This document shows positions 40,188 through 51,299 of a DNA stretch of 64,000 nucleotides, in pieces (the stretch's first letter is position 1; each line of letters opens with the position of its first letter). The notes beneath the pieces are model-generated. The model saw only the letters and a list, made by a program, of their open reading frames with translations. It ran no database searches and was not told the DNA's origin. Both the position numbers and the translations under genes were made by a program. The DNA is from Tolypothrix carrinoi HA7290-LM1 (GTDB lineage: Bacteria; Cyanobacteriota; Cyanobacteriia; Cyanobacteriales; Nostocaceae): positions 1 to 64,000 of the forward strand of contig JAHHIK010000010.1 of assembly GCA_019358935.1 (NCBI GenBank), given 5' to 3'.

Positions 40188-40203
40188 TGTAATATATAAT
40201 ACA
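40188..40203. promoter_or_regulatory. Possible NtcA box TGTA-N8-TACA
   Basis: TGTAATATATAATACA ~380 bp upstream of the deacetylase. No canonically spaced -10 box, and the context is AT-rich. Confidence 0.25.
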
Positions 40204-40584
40204 ATTAGTTTAGATGATGTAAATGTAGATAAAGTAAGTTTTAACTAATATTTATTTACCGAATAATACTAGTAACAAATATTACTATAAATGATTTTAA
40301 ACACGTAAAAATTTTCCAGTTAATAATTAAATTTAAATTAGTCACCAAGCAAATAACTAAAATTGCTTGGCATATTTTTATGTGAAACTTATTTCAAGTT
40401 AATAATAGGTAAAGTGATTGTTAAAATAAAATATTGTTTGTTGAACAAAAAGAAAAACATGAAACTGTTATTAATAAAAGTGGTATTATGTAAAAACAAT
40501 AAATAAAACTCATAAAAATATGCATTAAAGAAAGAAAAACGTGGCAGAAGTTTTTGTGAGATTATATTTAGTAAAAAAGAGACT

Positions 40585-41370
40585 ATGAATTATAAAAAAT
40601 TTCTCCAAAGGTTAGAAAAAGTACTTCCAAATACCTGGCTTTATAAAGTGCAATATATGCACTCTAACTTACTAGTTCGGTGGATTTTGCGTCGTGGAAG
40701 TATGCCGCTAACATTTAGCAAAAAATCAGCAATGGTGTTTTCTCCGCATCAAGATGATGAAACTTTTGGTTGCGGTGGGATGATTGCTTTAAAAAGGGAA
40801 CAGGGAATACCAGTAGTAGTAGCTTTTCTGACGGATGGACAGGGTTCAGTTGGCGAGGATTCGGAAATTAAAGATAAAATCATCCAAATTCGCAAACAAG
40901 AAGCAGTAACGGCATTGAATATTTTAGGAGTTGAACCATCAGAAATTTACTTTTTGGATAAGGTAGATGGAACATTACGAGATTTAGAAGCATTGCAACG
41001 ACAACAGACGATTGAGCAGATAGCTGAACTGCTTCAAAAGTATAAACCAGGGGAAGTCTACGTTCCACATCAAAAAGATTGCCATAAGGATCATGAAGCT
41101 GCATATACTTTAGTAAAAGAAGCGATCGCTCAAGCCAAAATCGAAGTTGAACTGCTAGAGTATGCGATTTGGTTATTTTGGAGAGCGCCACTATTTATTA
41201 TGCTGAAGTTGCAGGATATAGCAGATGCTTATCGGCTATCAATTGCAGCAGTACAAGACAAAAAAAATAGAGCGATCGCCTCATATTCTTCTCAAATTGA
41301 AGGTCTACCCCCTGGGTTTCTCAAGCGATTTTTCGGGTCTTATGAAATATTCTTCAAAGTAGAATCCTAG
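40585..41370 (+). CDS. PIG-L family deacetylase
   Basis: SPHQDDE-GCGG, LTDG, R-QE, D-HKDH. Confidence 0.92.
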   Translation: MNYKKFLQRLEKVLPNTWLYKVQYMHSNLLVRWILRRGSMPLTFSKKSAMVFSPHQDDETFGCGGMIALKREQGIPVVVAFLTDGQGSVGEDSEIKDKIIQIRKQEAVTALNILGVEPSEIYFLDKVDGTLRDLEALQRQQTIEQIAELLQKYKPGEVYVPHQKDCHKDHEAAYTLVKEAIAQAKIEVELLEYAIWLFWRAPLFIMLKLQDIADAYRLSIAAVQDKKNRAIASYSSQIEGLPPGFLKRFFGSYEIFFKVES

Positions 41371-41469
41371 TAGCTGAAACTTCTTTATTATTAAGAGTTA
41401 AGCAGAGGTTGCGTCTCAAGTCGTAAAGTTAATCAATTTAATATCAGCGACCACTGTGGAGTAATTTAA

Positions 41470-42561
41470 ATGCGTATACTACATCTTACTAATCATATAA
41501 AACAAATAGGTAACGGTATTGTCAATGTGGCAGTAGATCTAGCTTGTTTGCAAGCTGCATCTGGTCACGATGTTGCGATGGCATCTGTCGGTGGCGAATA
41601 TGAAGCATTACTAGCAAGTTATGGCGCTCAACACTTTCAATTAAATCAGTCTAGAACACCGCCAAATTTAATTAAAGCAGCTGGGCATTATCGCGAAATC
41701 ATACAAGAGTTTCAGCCGGATATTGTCCATGCACATATGATGACAGGATCTGTGGTAGCAGGGCTTTTTAAAAAGAACTTTGGATATAGTTTAGTTACCA
41801 CCGTACACAATGAATTTCAGCGTAGTGCAGTACTGATGGGATTAGCCGATCGCGTAATTGCAGTTAGTAATGCAGTCGCAGATTCGATGGTACGTCGGGG
41901 TATACCGAAGAGAAAATTGCGAGTAGTCGCTAATGGTACATTGGGTAGTCCCCGGCATCGAAGTATTCTAGAATACCAACCGCTACCGCTACACCGTCCG
42001 GCGATCGCCACCGTAGCAGGAATGTATCAACGTAAAGGAATTGGTGAATTAATCGATGGCTTCGTAATAATAGCTGCGGATTTTCCCGATGCTCATCTAT
42101 ATTTAGTGGGGGATGGTCCGGATCGGGCAATGTTTGAAGCAAAAGTGCAAAATACAGCTTTTGCTTCGCGCATTCATTTTGAAGGCTTCCAAAGCGAACC
42201 GCAACGTTATATGCTAGCAACTGACATCTTCGTCCTGGCTTCACACCACGAATCTTTTGGTTTAGTTCTCACAGAAGCGCGGGAAGCAGGTTGCGCGATT
42301 ATTGCCAGCGATGTAGACGGCATTCCTGAGACTTTAGATAATGGAGAAGCTGGTGTTTTGGTGTCACCTAAAAATAGCTTTGCTGTCGCAACTGCTATGA
42401 AGAAATTACTTAATAACCCTTGGGAAATGCAAAAATGGAAATACAAAGGGAAACAAAATATAGAGCGGTTTAGTGCTGCACGGGTGAGTAAAGAAACACT
42501 CAATGTTTACCGTGAATTAGTACCAAATTACAATCTACGTCAAAGTAGTATGATTGTTTGA
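41470..42561 (+). CDS. Glycosyltransferase family 4
   Basis: PDIVHAH, TVHN, RKG, VGDG, ESFGLVLTEA. Confidence 0.93.
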   Translation: MRILHLTNHIKQIGNGIVNVAVDLACLQAASGHDVAMASVGGEYEALLASYGAQHFQLNQSRTPPNLIKAAGHYREIIQEFQPDIVHAHMMTGSVVAGLFKKNFGYSLVTTVHNEFQRSAVLMGLADRVIAVSNAVADSMVRRGIPKRKLRVVANGTLGSPRHRSILEYQPLPLHRPAIATVAGMYQRKGIGELIDGFVIIAADFPDAHLYLVGDGPDRAMFEAKVQNTAFASRIHFEGFQSEPQRYMLATDIFVLASHHESFGLVLTEAREAGCAIIASDVDGIPETLDNGEAGVLVSPKNSFAVATAMKKLLNNPWEMQKWKYKGKQNIERFSAARVSKETLNVYRELVPNYNLRQSSMIV

Positions 42562-42709
42562 TTTTTCTGTCATCAAGAGTAGTGGAATTATAGGCGATCG
42601 CATAAGCTTGGTGTATGTAAAAAAGAGTGCGATCGCCTTTCTCATGCCATTACTAAAGACTTATCTACACCATAAAACGAGAAAATTACCAAGACTTTTC
42701 ACTACTTAA

Positions 42710-43342
42710 TTATCCTAACTTCTCCCTCACCCAAGCGCGAAACGATTTCAGCAAAGCAATTTCTCCCATAGTTTTACTTTGCTGAATAAATCTGCTGATA
42801 TCACTCACCGATACTATAGGAAAAGCAATACTAAATTCACATTCAACATATTGCCCTTCTATTAACTGATAAAATTTTAAATCTCGTCCGTTATATCTCC
42901 ATAGTTCAGCGATACCAAGTGCGGAATAAATCCCTAATTTGTTAACCGAACTGCTAGTTATATCAATCTCAATTGCTAAATCAGGTGCTGGATCTGTTTC
43001 TAAATCCAGAGTTTCTTTACCTCTAATAGCTAATTCATTCTGGATATAATAACAATTATCTGGTTCTATACCTCTTTTTGCGATTCTTCGCTTCAATGTT
43101 GTTGAACCAGCACTTTTAATTTCTATTTCTACTTCCTCGGCTAAAATTAATATAAAGCGGTCAAATTGGATTTTAGGATTTTCGTGTTCAAAAAGTGGAG
43201 TCATTATTTCTAAAGTTCCACAATCATAAGCAAATCGGGAACCTCTATCCTCACCCGTATCTGCTAGCAAGGCTTCAAAGGTTTCCCAGCTAATGTTGTG
43301 TAGCACTGTTCTTTGTTCGGCAATGCTTGAAGATATAATCAT
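42710..43342 (-). CDS. Uma2 family endonuclease-like protein
   Basis: ISWETFE, GTLEIMTP, EPDNCYYI, PDLAIEID, ELWRY. Confidence 0.92.
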   Translation of the reverse strand: MIISSSIAEQRTVLHNISWETFEALLADTGEDRGSRFAYDCGTLEIMTPLFEHENPKIQFDRFILILAEEVEIEIKSAGSTTLKRRIAKRGIEPDNCYYIQNELAIRGKETLDLETDPAPDLAIEIDITSSSVNKLGIYSALGIAELWRYNGRDLKFYQLIEGQYVECEFSIAFPIVSVSDISRFIQQSKTMGEIALLKSFRAWVREKLG

Positions 43343-43352
43343 CTTTAAGTAC

Positions 43353-43952
43353 TCATTCAGTCAGAATACTAGATAAAATTCCGAAAATTTTACCTATATT
43401 ATTAATATAGTATTCGCTCAAGTCAATCTCAACTACTTGCCCAACCAGCTTGAGAAACTTCCAGTTAGTTCCAGTAGTGACAGTTCCATAAATTGTCTGA
43501 ATATTATTTCCCTCGCGTTCATTAAACAATTTAGCTGCGATCATTTCTGCGACACACTGACCTAATCCGGCATTAATATTTTCCTTTTTAGCTTCAACAA
43601 TCGTTACTACCGGCGCACTGACAATTAATAATTCTGGTGAACGGCTAATCAGAAAATCACAATTTCCATTTAGTCCTTGTGATGGTTCAACTGTAAAGTC
43701 AATTCCCGAAAATAAACTTACTTGATAATTTAAATATTTTCTGACTGCAATTAAAATAGGGGCAATAATCATTTCCGAACGTGATTTTTCTGTATTACTA
43801 GCCAAAGCTAATGGTATATTTTCCTGAATAATTTCTGATAGTAATGGCGGCAATTCTAACTCTAATACAGAAGAAAATATATCAATTTTATCAGAAATAG
43901 TTAAGCCAAAGCTTCTCCTTACTCTATCTAAAGTAAAGTCACTGTATGACAC
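43353..43952 (-). CDS. Conserved PD-(D/E)XK-like hypothetical protein
   Basis: EKSRSE, G-CDF, VEAKK, GQC-AEM, GTVTTG-WKF. Confidence 0.75.
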   Translation of the reverse strand: MSYSDFTLDRVRRSFGLTISDKIDIFSSVLELELPPLLSEIIQENIPLALASNTEKSRSEMIIAPILIAVRKYLNYQVSLFSGIDFTVEPSQGLNGNCDFLISRSPELLIVSAPVVTIVEAKKENINAGLGQCVAEMIAAKLFNEREGNNIQTIYGTVTTGTNWKFLKLVGQVVEIDLSEYYINNIGKIFGILSSILTE

Positions 43953-44053
43953 TTTAGTTGCTCCTGTTTATAAACCCATATATTAAAATTGTGCCAATTA
44001 CAAGCATGACTCGTTGCTAATAATTGACACAATCAGTAGTTAAATATTTTCTA

Positions 44054-45316
44054 TTAACCAAACAAACCACCGAAAAACTCAAGGGTATCCTTCAACGCTT
44101 TGATAAAAACATCAATTTCTTCGCGGGTGTTGTAGAAAGATAAACTTGCTCTTGCGGTTCCAGGAAGACCTAAAAAACGGTGTAATGGTTGAGTGCAGTG
44201 GTGTCCAGAACGGATTGCGACACCTTCTTGATCTAATAATGTAGATAAGTCGTTAGCGTGGACTTCTCCGGATGTGAATGCAGCCAAAGCAGCTCTACCT
44301 TCACCATTAGCATCGGGTTTGGGACCATAAATTCTAATTTCGGGAATTTGCAGCAATTGCTCAAACAAATAAGCAGTTAATTCTGCTTCGTAAGCGTGGA
44401 TTTTATCCATGCCAATATTAGTAAGATAATCTATCGCAGCACCAAGAGCGATCGCTTCCCCAATTGCCGGTGTACCAGCTTCAAATTTATGCGGTAATTC
44501 TGCGTAGGTCGAATGGTCTAAAAACACCTCCGCAATCATTTCACCACCACCAAAAAACGGCGGCATCGATTCCAACAATTTCAACTTGCCATACAAAAAG
44601 CCTATCCCAGTTGGGGCACACATTTTGTGACCGGAAGCAACTAACCAATCACAGTCAATTTGCTGCACGTCAACAGGCATATGAGGGACACTTTGGCAAG
44701 CATCAATTAATACTTTTGCACCGTATTCATGCGCTAAAGCACAAATTTCTTGCACCGGGTTAATGCAACCCAAAGTGTTAGAAACATGCACCGTTGACAC
44801 CAATTTAGTTTTTTCAGAAAGCAGAGTTTTGAACTGTTCTAAATCAAAAGTTTCTTCAGATGTCAGTTCGACAAACTTCAGCACTGCACCCGTCTTTTGC
44901 GCCACCAATTGCCAGGGTACAATATTACTGTGGTGTTCCATCACCGAGAGAATAATTTCATCTCCCGGTTGCAAATTGCTCATTCCCCAACTGTAAGCTA
45001 CCAAATTAATCGCCTCAGAAGCGTTGCGGGTGTAAACAATTTCTTGACGAGATGCAGCATTGATAAATTTAGCAACTTTATCTCGTGTAGCTTCATAAGC
45101 ATCAGTAGCTTTCGCGCTGAGAGTATGCGCTCCGCGATGCACGTTAGCATTATACTGCTCGTAATAATCTCGCAAACGATTAAGTACCAGCAAAGGTTTT
45201 TGCGAGGTAGCAGCATTATCCAGGTAAATTAAAGGTTTGCCGTTGACTTCCTGATTTAATATTGGGAAATCAGCGCGAACTTGATCGGCGAGGGTTTTTG
45301 TTTGGGTGAAAGTCAT
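44054..45316 (-). CDS. sufS: Cysteine desulfurase SufS
   Basis: [31 protein letters not shown]. Confidence 0.96.
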   Translation of the reverse strand: MTFTQTKTLADQVRADFPILNQEVNGKPLIYLDNAATSQKPLLVLNRLRDYYEQYNANVHRGAHTLSAKATDAYEATRDKVAKFINAASRQEIVYTRNASEAINLVAYSWGMSNLQPGDEIILSVMEHHSNIVPWQLVAQKTGAVLKFVELTSEETFDLEQFKTLLSEKTKLVSTVHVSNTLGCINPVQEICALAHEYGAKVLIDACQSVPHMPVDVQQIDCDWLVASGHKMCAPTGIGFLYGKLKLLESMPPFFGGGEMIAEVFLDHSTYAELPHKFEAGTPAIGEAIALGAAIDYLTNIGMDKIHAYEAELTAYLFEQLLQIPEIRIYGPKPDANGEGRAALAAFTSGEVHANDLSTLLDQEGVAIRSGHHCTQPLHRFLGLPGTARASLSFYNTREEIDVFIKALKDTLEFFGGLFG

Positions 45317-45335
45317 AAAATTTTGGCTTAAGGAT

Positions 45336-45535
45336 TGTTAGTTGTTGGTTGTTAGTTGTTGGTTGCTGGTTGTTGGTTGTTAGTTGTTGGTTGCTGGTTG
45401 TTAGTTGTTGGTTGTTGATTGTTGGTTGTTTATTCTTTGCTACTATCCACGCTCCCACTATCAACTAACTACTAACCACTATCAACGCTCCCACTATCAA
45501 CGCTCCCACTAACCACTATCCACTAACCAACACCC
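45336..45535. repeat. STRR heptamer arrays (GTTGTTG/GTTGTTA)n and (CCACTAT/CCACTAA)n
   Basis: Tandem heptamers in the sufD-sufS spacer. Confidence 0.9.
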
Positions 45536-45538
45536 AAT

Positions 45539-46930
45539 CTAAAATCTGCTAACTGTTTGCGTGAGAGTTTCGCGAAGAGAGGAAATCGGTATTTGGTTGA
45601 TAATTTCAGCCGCGAAAGCATTAATTAATAAGTTGCGAGCATCGTTGGCATCAATACCCCGGCTTTGCAGATAAAATATTTCATCATCTTCCAACTGGCT
45701 AACAGTCGCACCGTGAGCGCATTTAACATTATCCGCCGTAATTTCCAACTGCGGCTTAGTATCAACTCTGGCTTTAGATGATAGTAGCAGGTTGCGATTT
45801 AATTGCGCCGCATCAGTTAACTGTGCCGGCTTCGGGACAAAAACTTTGCCATTGAACACTCCATGAGCGCGATCGCCTACAATACACTTATGCAATTGCC
45901 GACTAACACCATGCGGATGATTAAGAGCAATTACACTGTGAGTATCCGCCAATTGCTTCCCCTTAATCATCGTCAACCCATTTAAAGTAGTTTCCGTTTG
46001 CTCACCAGTTTGGAAAATCTCTAAATTGTGACGCGAAAACCTGCCACCCAAACTTACCGCATTACAACAATACCGACTATAACGACCTTGCATCACCGCA
46101 GTCTTGCCAACATGAAAAGCCTCAGCACCATCACACTCAACCCGAGTATGACTAACCTGAGCATTCTCCTCAACCCAAATCTCCGTCACCGCATTGGTGA
46201 AGTATACACCCTCTTTCTCCTCCTCTGCGTTCTCTGCGCCTCTGTGAGTCCAGCCCCCGTCTTGGCGGTTTCCGTCACGATGGGGGACTGGCGAACCCGA
46301 AGGGCGGTTCGTATACTCCTCCACCAAACTCACCTGCGAACCACATTCAGCCACCACCAGACAACGCGGTAAAGCAATCCTCCCCTCACCCACAGCAACA
46401 AACACCAAAAAAATCGGTGTTTCCACCACCACATTCTTCCCCACCCATACCACCGCCGCATCAGTCATACCAGCAGTATTCAGAGCAGTAAACACCTCGC
46501 GATCGCCTGACGCTTGTGCCAAATATTGCCGCACCCGTTCATCATAACCCCCAGGTAAATTAGCCAAATTGCTAACCACCACCCCATCAGGTAAACCAGA
46601 AACAGCAGATAACTCAGGTGCATAAACACCATTCACAAAAACCAAACAGTTCTTATTCGCTTCCGGTAAACTAAAAGGCGTAATATTTGGTAAAAACGTC
46701 TCTACATTAAATTGCACCTCGCGCAAAGACGACAAATCAGCAAAACGCCATTCTTCATCGCGGGTAGTAGGAAGTCTTGATTGACGCACCCAATCAGCAG
46801 CACGTTGACGCACATCTTGCAACCAACCCTCTGACTTTGATGCAGCTACTTTATCTAACAACCCAGTTAAATAAGCATCTTTATCCACCAAAGTGTTAGA
46901 AATCGGACTTGGAGAAACTTCAATAGACAT
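45539..46930 (-). CDS. sufD: Fe-S cluster assembly protein SufD
   Basis: EEWRF, QLHKCI, FNGK, DTKPQLEI-ADNVKCAHGAT; position in the suf operon. Confidence 0.95.
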   Translation of the reverse strand: MSIEVSPSPISNTLVDKDAYLTGLLDKVAASKSEGWLQDVRQRAADWVRQSRLPTTRDEEWRFADLSSLREVQFNVETFLPNITPFSLPEANKNCLVFVNGVYAPELSAVSGLPDGVVVSNLANLPGGYDERVRQYLAQASGDREVFTALNTAGMTDAAVVWVGKNVVVETPIFLVFVAVGEGRIALPRCLVVAECGSQVSLVEEYTNRPSGSPVPHRDGNRQDGGWTHRGAENAEEEKEGVYFTNAVTEIWVEENAQVSHTRVECDGAEAFHVGKTAVMQGRYSRYCCNAVSLGGRFSRHNLEIFQTGEQTETTLNGLTMIKGKQLADTHSVIALNHPHGVSRQLHKCIVGDRAHGVFNGKVFVPKPAQLTDAAQLNRNLLLSSKARVDTKPQLEITADNVKCAHGATVSQLEDDEIFYLQSRGIDANDARNLLINAFAAEIINQIPISSLRETLTQTVSRF

Positions 46931-47712
46931 TACACACCCACCTCAGCTTCTTCCAACACCCAGTCATAACCGCGAGCTTCCAACTCCAGCGCCAAATCCT
47001 TACCACCACACATGAGAATCTGCCCCTGAGCCATCACATGCACGTAATCCGGCACAATATAATTAAGTAACCGCTGATAGTGAGTAATCATAATCGTCGC
47101 ATTTTCCGGATTTGCCAGCTGATTTACTCCATTCGCGACAATCTTCAACGCATCAATATCCAAACCAGAATCTGTCTCATCCAGAATCGCCAACTTTGGT
47201 TCTAACAGTGCCATTTGCAGAATCTCATTCCGCTTTTTCTCCCCACCAGAAAAACCCTCATTCAAACTTCTGTTAAGGAAAGCCGGATTCATCTTCACAA
47301 CATCCAGCTTTTCCTCTATCAAATCATCAAAATCAAACGCATCAATTTCTTCTAAACCCTGCGCTTTCCGGCGAGAATTATAAGCCACCCGCAAGAAATC
47401 CAAATTACTCACACCCGGAATTTCCAACGGATATTGAAACGCCAAAAATACACCACTTCTTGCGCGTTCTTCCGGTTCCATTTCCAGCAGATTTTGCCCC
47501 ATAAAGGTGCAACTACCACCAGTTACCTCATAAGCTGGGTGTCCAGCCAAAACCTTAGAAAAAGTACTTTTACCAGAACCATTCGGTCCCATAATCGCAT
47601 GAACTTCACCCGATTTTACCTCAATATTCACACCCTTGAGAATCGGCGTCCCATTAACATTAGCCGTCAAATCTCTTACTGACAGCACAACTTCACTATT
47701 TTCAATAATCAT
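46930..47712 (-). CDS. sufC: Fe-S cluster assembly ATPase SufC
   Basis: [33 protein letters not shown]. Confidence 0.97.
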   Translation of the reverse strand: MIIENSEVVLSVRDLTANVNGTPILKGVNIEVKSGEVHAIMGPNGSGKSTFSKVLAGHPAYEVTGGSCTFMGQNLLEMEPEERARSGVFLAFQYPLEIPGVSNLDFLRVAYNSRRKAQGLEEIDAFDFDDLIEEKLDVVKMNPAFLNRSLNEGFSGGEKKRNEILQMALLEPKLAILDETDSGLDIDALKIVANGVNQLANPENATIMITHYQRLLNYIVPDYVHVMAQGQILMCGGKDLALELEARGYDWVLEEAEVGV

Positions 47713-47743
47713 CTTTTCTCTCTCTTATTTCTTCTCTCGCTCC

Positions 47744-47851
47744 CTCGTTCCCAGTCTCAGACTGGGAATGTTATCTTTGGGCTGCTGCCTAGCGATAAAA
47801 TATGAGGCAGCAGCCCACAGAATGCGTTACCAGGTTGAACCTGGTAACGAG
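47744..47851. mobile_element. Short double-hairpin dispersed repeat
   Basis: CTCGTTCCCAGTCTCAGACTGGGAA ... GTTACCAGGTTGAACCTGGTAACGAG, with CTCGTT/AACGAG ends. Confidence 0.7.
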
Positions 47852-47853
47852 AG

Positions 47854-49293
47854 TTAACCAACACTACCTTCCAACTTCAGACTCAACAGCTTATCAGCTT
47901 CCACCGCAAATTCCATCGGCAGCTGATTAAACACATCCTTACAGAAGCCACTAATCATCATCGAAACCGCGTCTTCACTAGAAATGCCCCGCTGTGCAAA
48001 GTAAAATAATTGGTCTTCCCCAATCTTGGAAGTAGAAGCTTCATGCTCCACCTTCGCTGCCTTATTTTGCACCTGAATATATGGGAAAGTATTCGCATGA
48101 GCATTATCCCCAATTAGCATCGAGTCGCACTGCGAATAGTTTCTAGCTCCTTCAGCCTTCGGGTTAATTTTCACCAAACCGCGATAGCTGTTACTAGAAT
48201 TACCAGCAGAAATTCCCTTAGAGATAATCGTGCTGCGAGTGTTCTTACCAACGTGAATCATCTTGGTTCCCGTGTCGGCTTGCTGCATATTATTTGTCAG
48301 CGCTACCGAGTAGAACTCACCCACAGAATTATCGCCCACCAACACGCAGCTAGGATATTTCCAAGTAATCGCAGAACCGGTTTCTACTTGCGTCCAGGAA
48401 ATCTTGGAATTTACACCCTGACACAAACCGCGTTTGGTGACAAAGTTGTAAATACCACCTTTGCCTTTTTCATCGCCGGCGTACCAATTCTGTACTGTAG
48501 AATATTTAATTTCCGCGTTGTCCAGAGCGACAAGTTCCACCACAGCGGCGTGTAGTTGGTTGCTATCGTACATCGGCGCGGTACAGCCTTCCAAGTAGGA
48601 AACATAGCTGCCTTCTTCGGCAACAATCAAGGTACGCTCAAATTGTCCGGTATCGCCGCTGTTAATCCGGAAATAGGTAGACAATTCCATCGGGCATTTT
48701 ACGCCTTTAGGAATATAGACAAAAGAACCATCGCTAAATACAGCCGCATTCAATGCCGCGAAGTAGTTATCGGCAGGGGGGACAACGCTACCCAGATACT
48801 TTTGTACTAGTTCGGGATATTCTTGCAATGCTTCGGAAATCGAGCAGAAGATAACGCCGTCTTTGAGCAGCTTTTCTTTAAATGTAGTGGCGACAGAAAC
48901 ACTATCGAAAATGGCATCTACAGCGACATTTCCCAGTCGCTTTTGTTCTGATAGGGGAATACCTAACTTTTCAAAGGTTTCCAAGAGGGTGGGATCTACT
49001 TCATCCAAACTGTTAAGCTTTTTCTTCGCTTGTTTCGGTGCGGAATAGTAGATGATATCCTGATAATTAATTGGCGGATATTGAACGCTATGCCAAGTCG
49101 GTTCTGTCATTTTTAGCCACTGGCGATAGGCTCTGAGGCGAAACTCCAGCATGAATTCCGGCTCGTTCTTCTTGCTGGAGATCAAGCGGATAACATCTTC
49201 GTTTAGCCCACGCGGAATGGTGTCTGCCTCAATATTGGTGACAAAGCCATATTTGTAGGGCTGGTTGACTAAGGTTTTGACAGTGGCACTCAT
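47854..49293 (-). CDS. sufB: Fe-S cluster assembly protein SufB
   Basis: [38 protein letters not shown]. Confidence 0.97.
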   Translation of the reverse strand: MSATVKTLVNQPYKYGFVTNIEADTIPRGLNEDVIRLISSKKNEPEFMLEFRLRAYRQWLKMTEPTWHSVQYPPINYQDIIYYSAPKQAKKKLNSLDEVDPTLLETFEKLGIPLSEQKRLGNVAVDAIFDSVSVATTFKEKLLKDGVIFCSISEALQEYPELVQKYLGSVVPPADNYFAALNAAVFSDGSFVYIPKGVKCPMELSTYFRINSGDTGQFERTLIVAEEGSYVSYLEGCTAPMYDSNQLHAAVVELVALDNAEIKYSTVQNWYAGDEKGKGGIYNFVTKRGLCQGVNSKISWTQVETGSAITWKYPSCVLVGDNSVGEFYSVALTNNMQQADTGTKMIHVGKNTRSTIISKGISAGNSSNSYRGLVKINPKAEGARNYSQCDSMLIGDNAHANTFPYIQVQNKAAKVEHEASTSKIGEDQLFYFAQRGISSEDAVSMMISGFCKDVFNQLPMEFAVEADKLLSLKLEGSVG

Positions 49294-49421
49294 CAGTTCT
49301 TTTCTCTCGTGTTCTCTTTTAGGTGTCTCTTTTTGGATGGGAGACGGGCGGTAAGCCGATTTCCCTTCATCGTTAACCCACAGTGGTTACGCGGCTGTTA
49401 CAATAAGGATGGAGAGTAAAA

Positions 49422-49480
49422 CAACAAGTTAGTTGTTTAAGTTATCTCCATTTTACGCTACATTAACAACAAGAATGTTG
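49422..49480. promoter_or_regulatory. Two SufR-binding sites CAAC-N6-GTTG
   Basis: CAACAAGTTAGTTG (49422-49435) and CAACAAGAATGTTG (49467-49480) in the sufB/sufR divergent region. Confidence 0.8.
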
Positions 49481-49517
49481 TCAAAGTGAAATTTCCTAAT
49501 TATTTTTCAGGACTAAG

Positions 49518-50192
49518 ATGGCGACTACCCAGCAGTCCTCAACCAAGCAAGAGATTCTAGAATATCTCCTGAAACACTCACGGGCAACAGCTTTTGAGCT
49601 AGCCGAGATTTTAAATATTAGCCCGCAAGCGATTCGTCGCCATCTCAAAGATTTGGAGGCTGAAAAGCTAATTTTGTATTCATCGATACAAGAAGGGATG
49701 GGGCGTCCGCAGCACGTTTATCATTTGAGTCGTGAAGGACGCGATCGCCTGCAACGAGGTGATAGTTATGGGGAATTTGCTGTTTCTCTGCTGGATACAT
49801 TAGCAGAAACGGTAGGACGCGACCAAGTAAGCACGATTTTAAGAAAGCAGTGGGAACGTAAGGCTCAAGAATATCGCGATCGCTTGGGTAAAGGGTCGTT
49901 AGAAGAACGTGTGGCAAACTTAGTTGAGTTGAGAAAAGCTGAAGGCTTCATGGCAGAGTGTCACCCAGTAGAATCGAATGAATCAGTAGGCGATCGCTTT
50001 ATATTAATGGAGCATAACTGCGCCATTTCCAACGTTGCCGAGTCTTTCCCCAGCATTTGCGGTCATGAATTAGAAATGTTTGCCGCCGTTCTCCCAGATT
50101 GTACAGTAGAGCGGACTCATTGGATTATCAACGGCGAACACCGTTGCGGCTATTTGGTACAAGCGCGAAAACCTTGCGCCGAATTAGATTAA
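49518..50192 (+). CDS. sufR: Fe-S cluster biosynthesis regulator SufR
   Basis: HTH with GRP, EHNCAI, CGHE and HRCGY Cys ligands; divergent from sufB. Confidence 0.95.
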   Translation: MATTQQSSTKQEILEYLLKHSRATAFELAEILNISPQAIRRHLKDLEAEKLILYSSIQEGMGRPQHVYHLSREGRDRLQRGDSYGEFAVSLLDTLAETVGRDQVSTILRKQWERKAQEYRDRLGKGSLEERVANLVELRKAEGFMAECHPVESNESVGDRFILMEHNCAISNVAESFPSICGHELEMFAAVLPDCTVERTHWIINGEHRCGYLVQARKPCAELD

Positions 50193-50297
50193 GAAATTTA
50201 TATTTACATTAAGTTTAAGTCATAAATAATAGCTACGTCGTAATCTGTTTTACAAATTACAAATTAGCAATTGTCCGTTAAGTTTTAGTTAAAGGTT

Positions 50298-50558
50298 ATG
50301 AATTTACCACCACAGCAGCCGTCAACACAATTCTTAACTTTAGAAGAGTCAGCCAAAGTTGACGCTGCCTTGCTTTCTTCCCCGGAAAAGTTTTTAACCA
50401 GATTAACAATTTCATCTCTCAAACTTTTGAAGCACATCGCCCAAGAGTATGATGTGAGAATTGAAGATTTAACAACACAGCAAGTGATTGCTTGGTTTGA
50501 GAAAGATGGCAAGATTCGCCGAGAGCAAGGAACAGAGTCTGCATACCTGAATTGGTAA
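50298..50558 (+). CDS. Small conserved hypothetical protein
   Basis: 86-aa ORF; EESAKVDAALLSS-EKFLTR. Confidence 0.75.
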   Translation: MNLPPQQPSTQFLTLEESAKVDAALLSSPEKFLTRLTISSLKLLKHIAQEYDVRIEDLTTQQVIAWFEKDGKIRREQGTESAYLNW

Positions 50559-50559
50559 A

Positions 50560-50588
50560 GTAGAGACGTTCCATCGGAACGTCTCTAC
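50560..50588. repeat. Palindromic short dispersed repeat GTAGAGACGTTCC-N3-GGAACGTCTCTAC
   Basis: Perfect 13-bp arms; a half-copy lies in sufD (~46695-46705). Confidence 0.8.
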
Positions 50589-50612
50589 AATAAATAATCT
50601 AAACAAATAGCA

Positions 50613-50638
50613 AAAAGCACCTTTTTCGAGGTGCTTTG
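50613..50638. terminator. Probable bidirectional terminator
   Basis: AAAGCACCT / AGGTGCTTT hairpin between convergent genes. Confidence 0.55.
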
Positions 50639-50672
50639 TCAAGCGATGTAATTTAATTTTACAGACCACATT

Positions 50673-51299
50673 TTAAGTGTAAGTATTAGTACGCGGACTG
50701 CGAGCGCCTGTAACCGCTCCAATCATTGATGCAACTAAACCCAGCAAAGAACCGAATACAAACCACCACAAACCTCTAGATGTAGCACCAGCAATATTGC
50801 GGGCTTCTTGAGCGCTTACATTGGTTTGGGGTACGTTCACACCACCTTGTTGTTGCACTTGGTTAATCACTTCACCAGCGTTAGAAGCAGCAACACCAAA
50901 AGCACCCGATACCCCACTAGCCAAGAGCCAAGAGCTAACTGCTAAAGTGGTAGCCCAGAGAATTGCCCCATTGAGAAGAGCGGTGCTGCGGTTCATCGGA
51001 CCGCAAGCGCGAGCAGTTACCCAACCGCCGGTAAATAGGGAAATTAACAAACCAATGGTTGACCAAATTCCCACATTTCCAGCAACATCAGGAGCATTTG
51101 TTCTGGGTGCGCCGGAATTTGCAATACTACCTGCGCCGATCGCTGCGAATAAAGCGCTTAAAATCAATTGCGTAGCTAGGGAAACTAACAAACCAGAAAT
51201 AATCGGACCCCAACGAACGCGATCGTGGTAATCAGCAACTCTACCCACTACCGCAGGCTCATTAATTACATCATCACCAACTCTATTTACGTATGACAT
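50673..51299 (-). CDS. Multi-pass membrane hypothetical protein
   Basis: RVRWGPI start followed by four hydrophobic Gly/Ala-rich helices. Confidence 0.8.
   Translation of the reverse strand: MSYVNRVGDDVINEPAVVGRVADYHDRVRWGPIISGLLVSLATQLILSALFAAIGAGSIANSGAPRTNAPDVAGNVGIWSTIGLLISLFTGGWVTARACGPMNRSTALLNGAILWATTLAVSSWLLASGVSGAFGVAASNAGEVINQVQQQGGVNVPQTNVSAQEARNIAGATSRGLWWFVFGSLLGLVASMIGAVTGARSPRTNTYT

Noticed and set aside
45270..45464. Asn/Gln-rich 64-aa ORF
   Set aside because: Translation of a (CAACAAC)n heptamer array.
44054..50192. suf operon as a novel system
   Set aside because: Canonical cyanobacterial sufR-sufBCDS arrangement with the expected SufR boxes.
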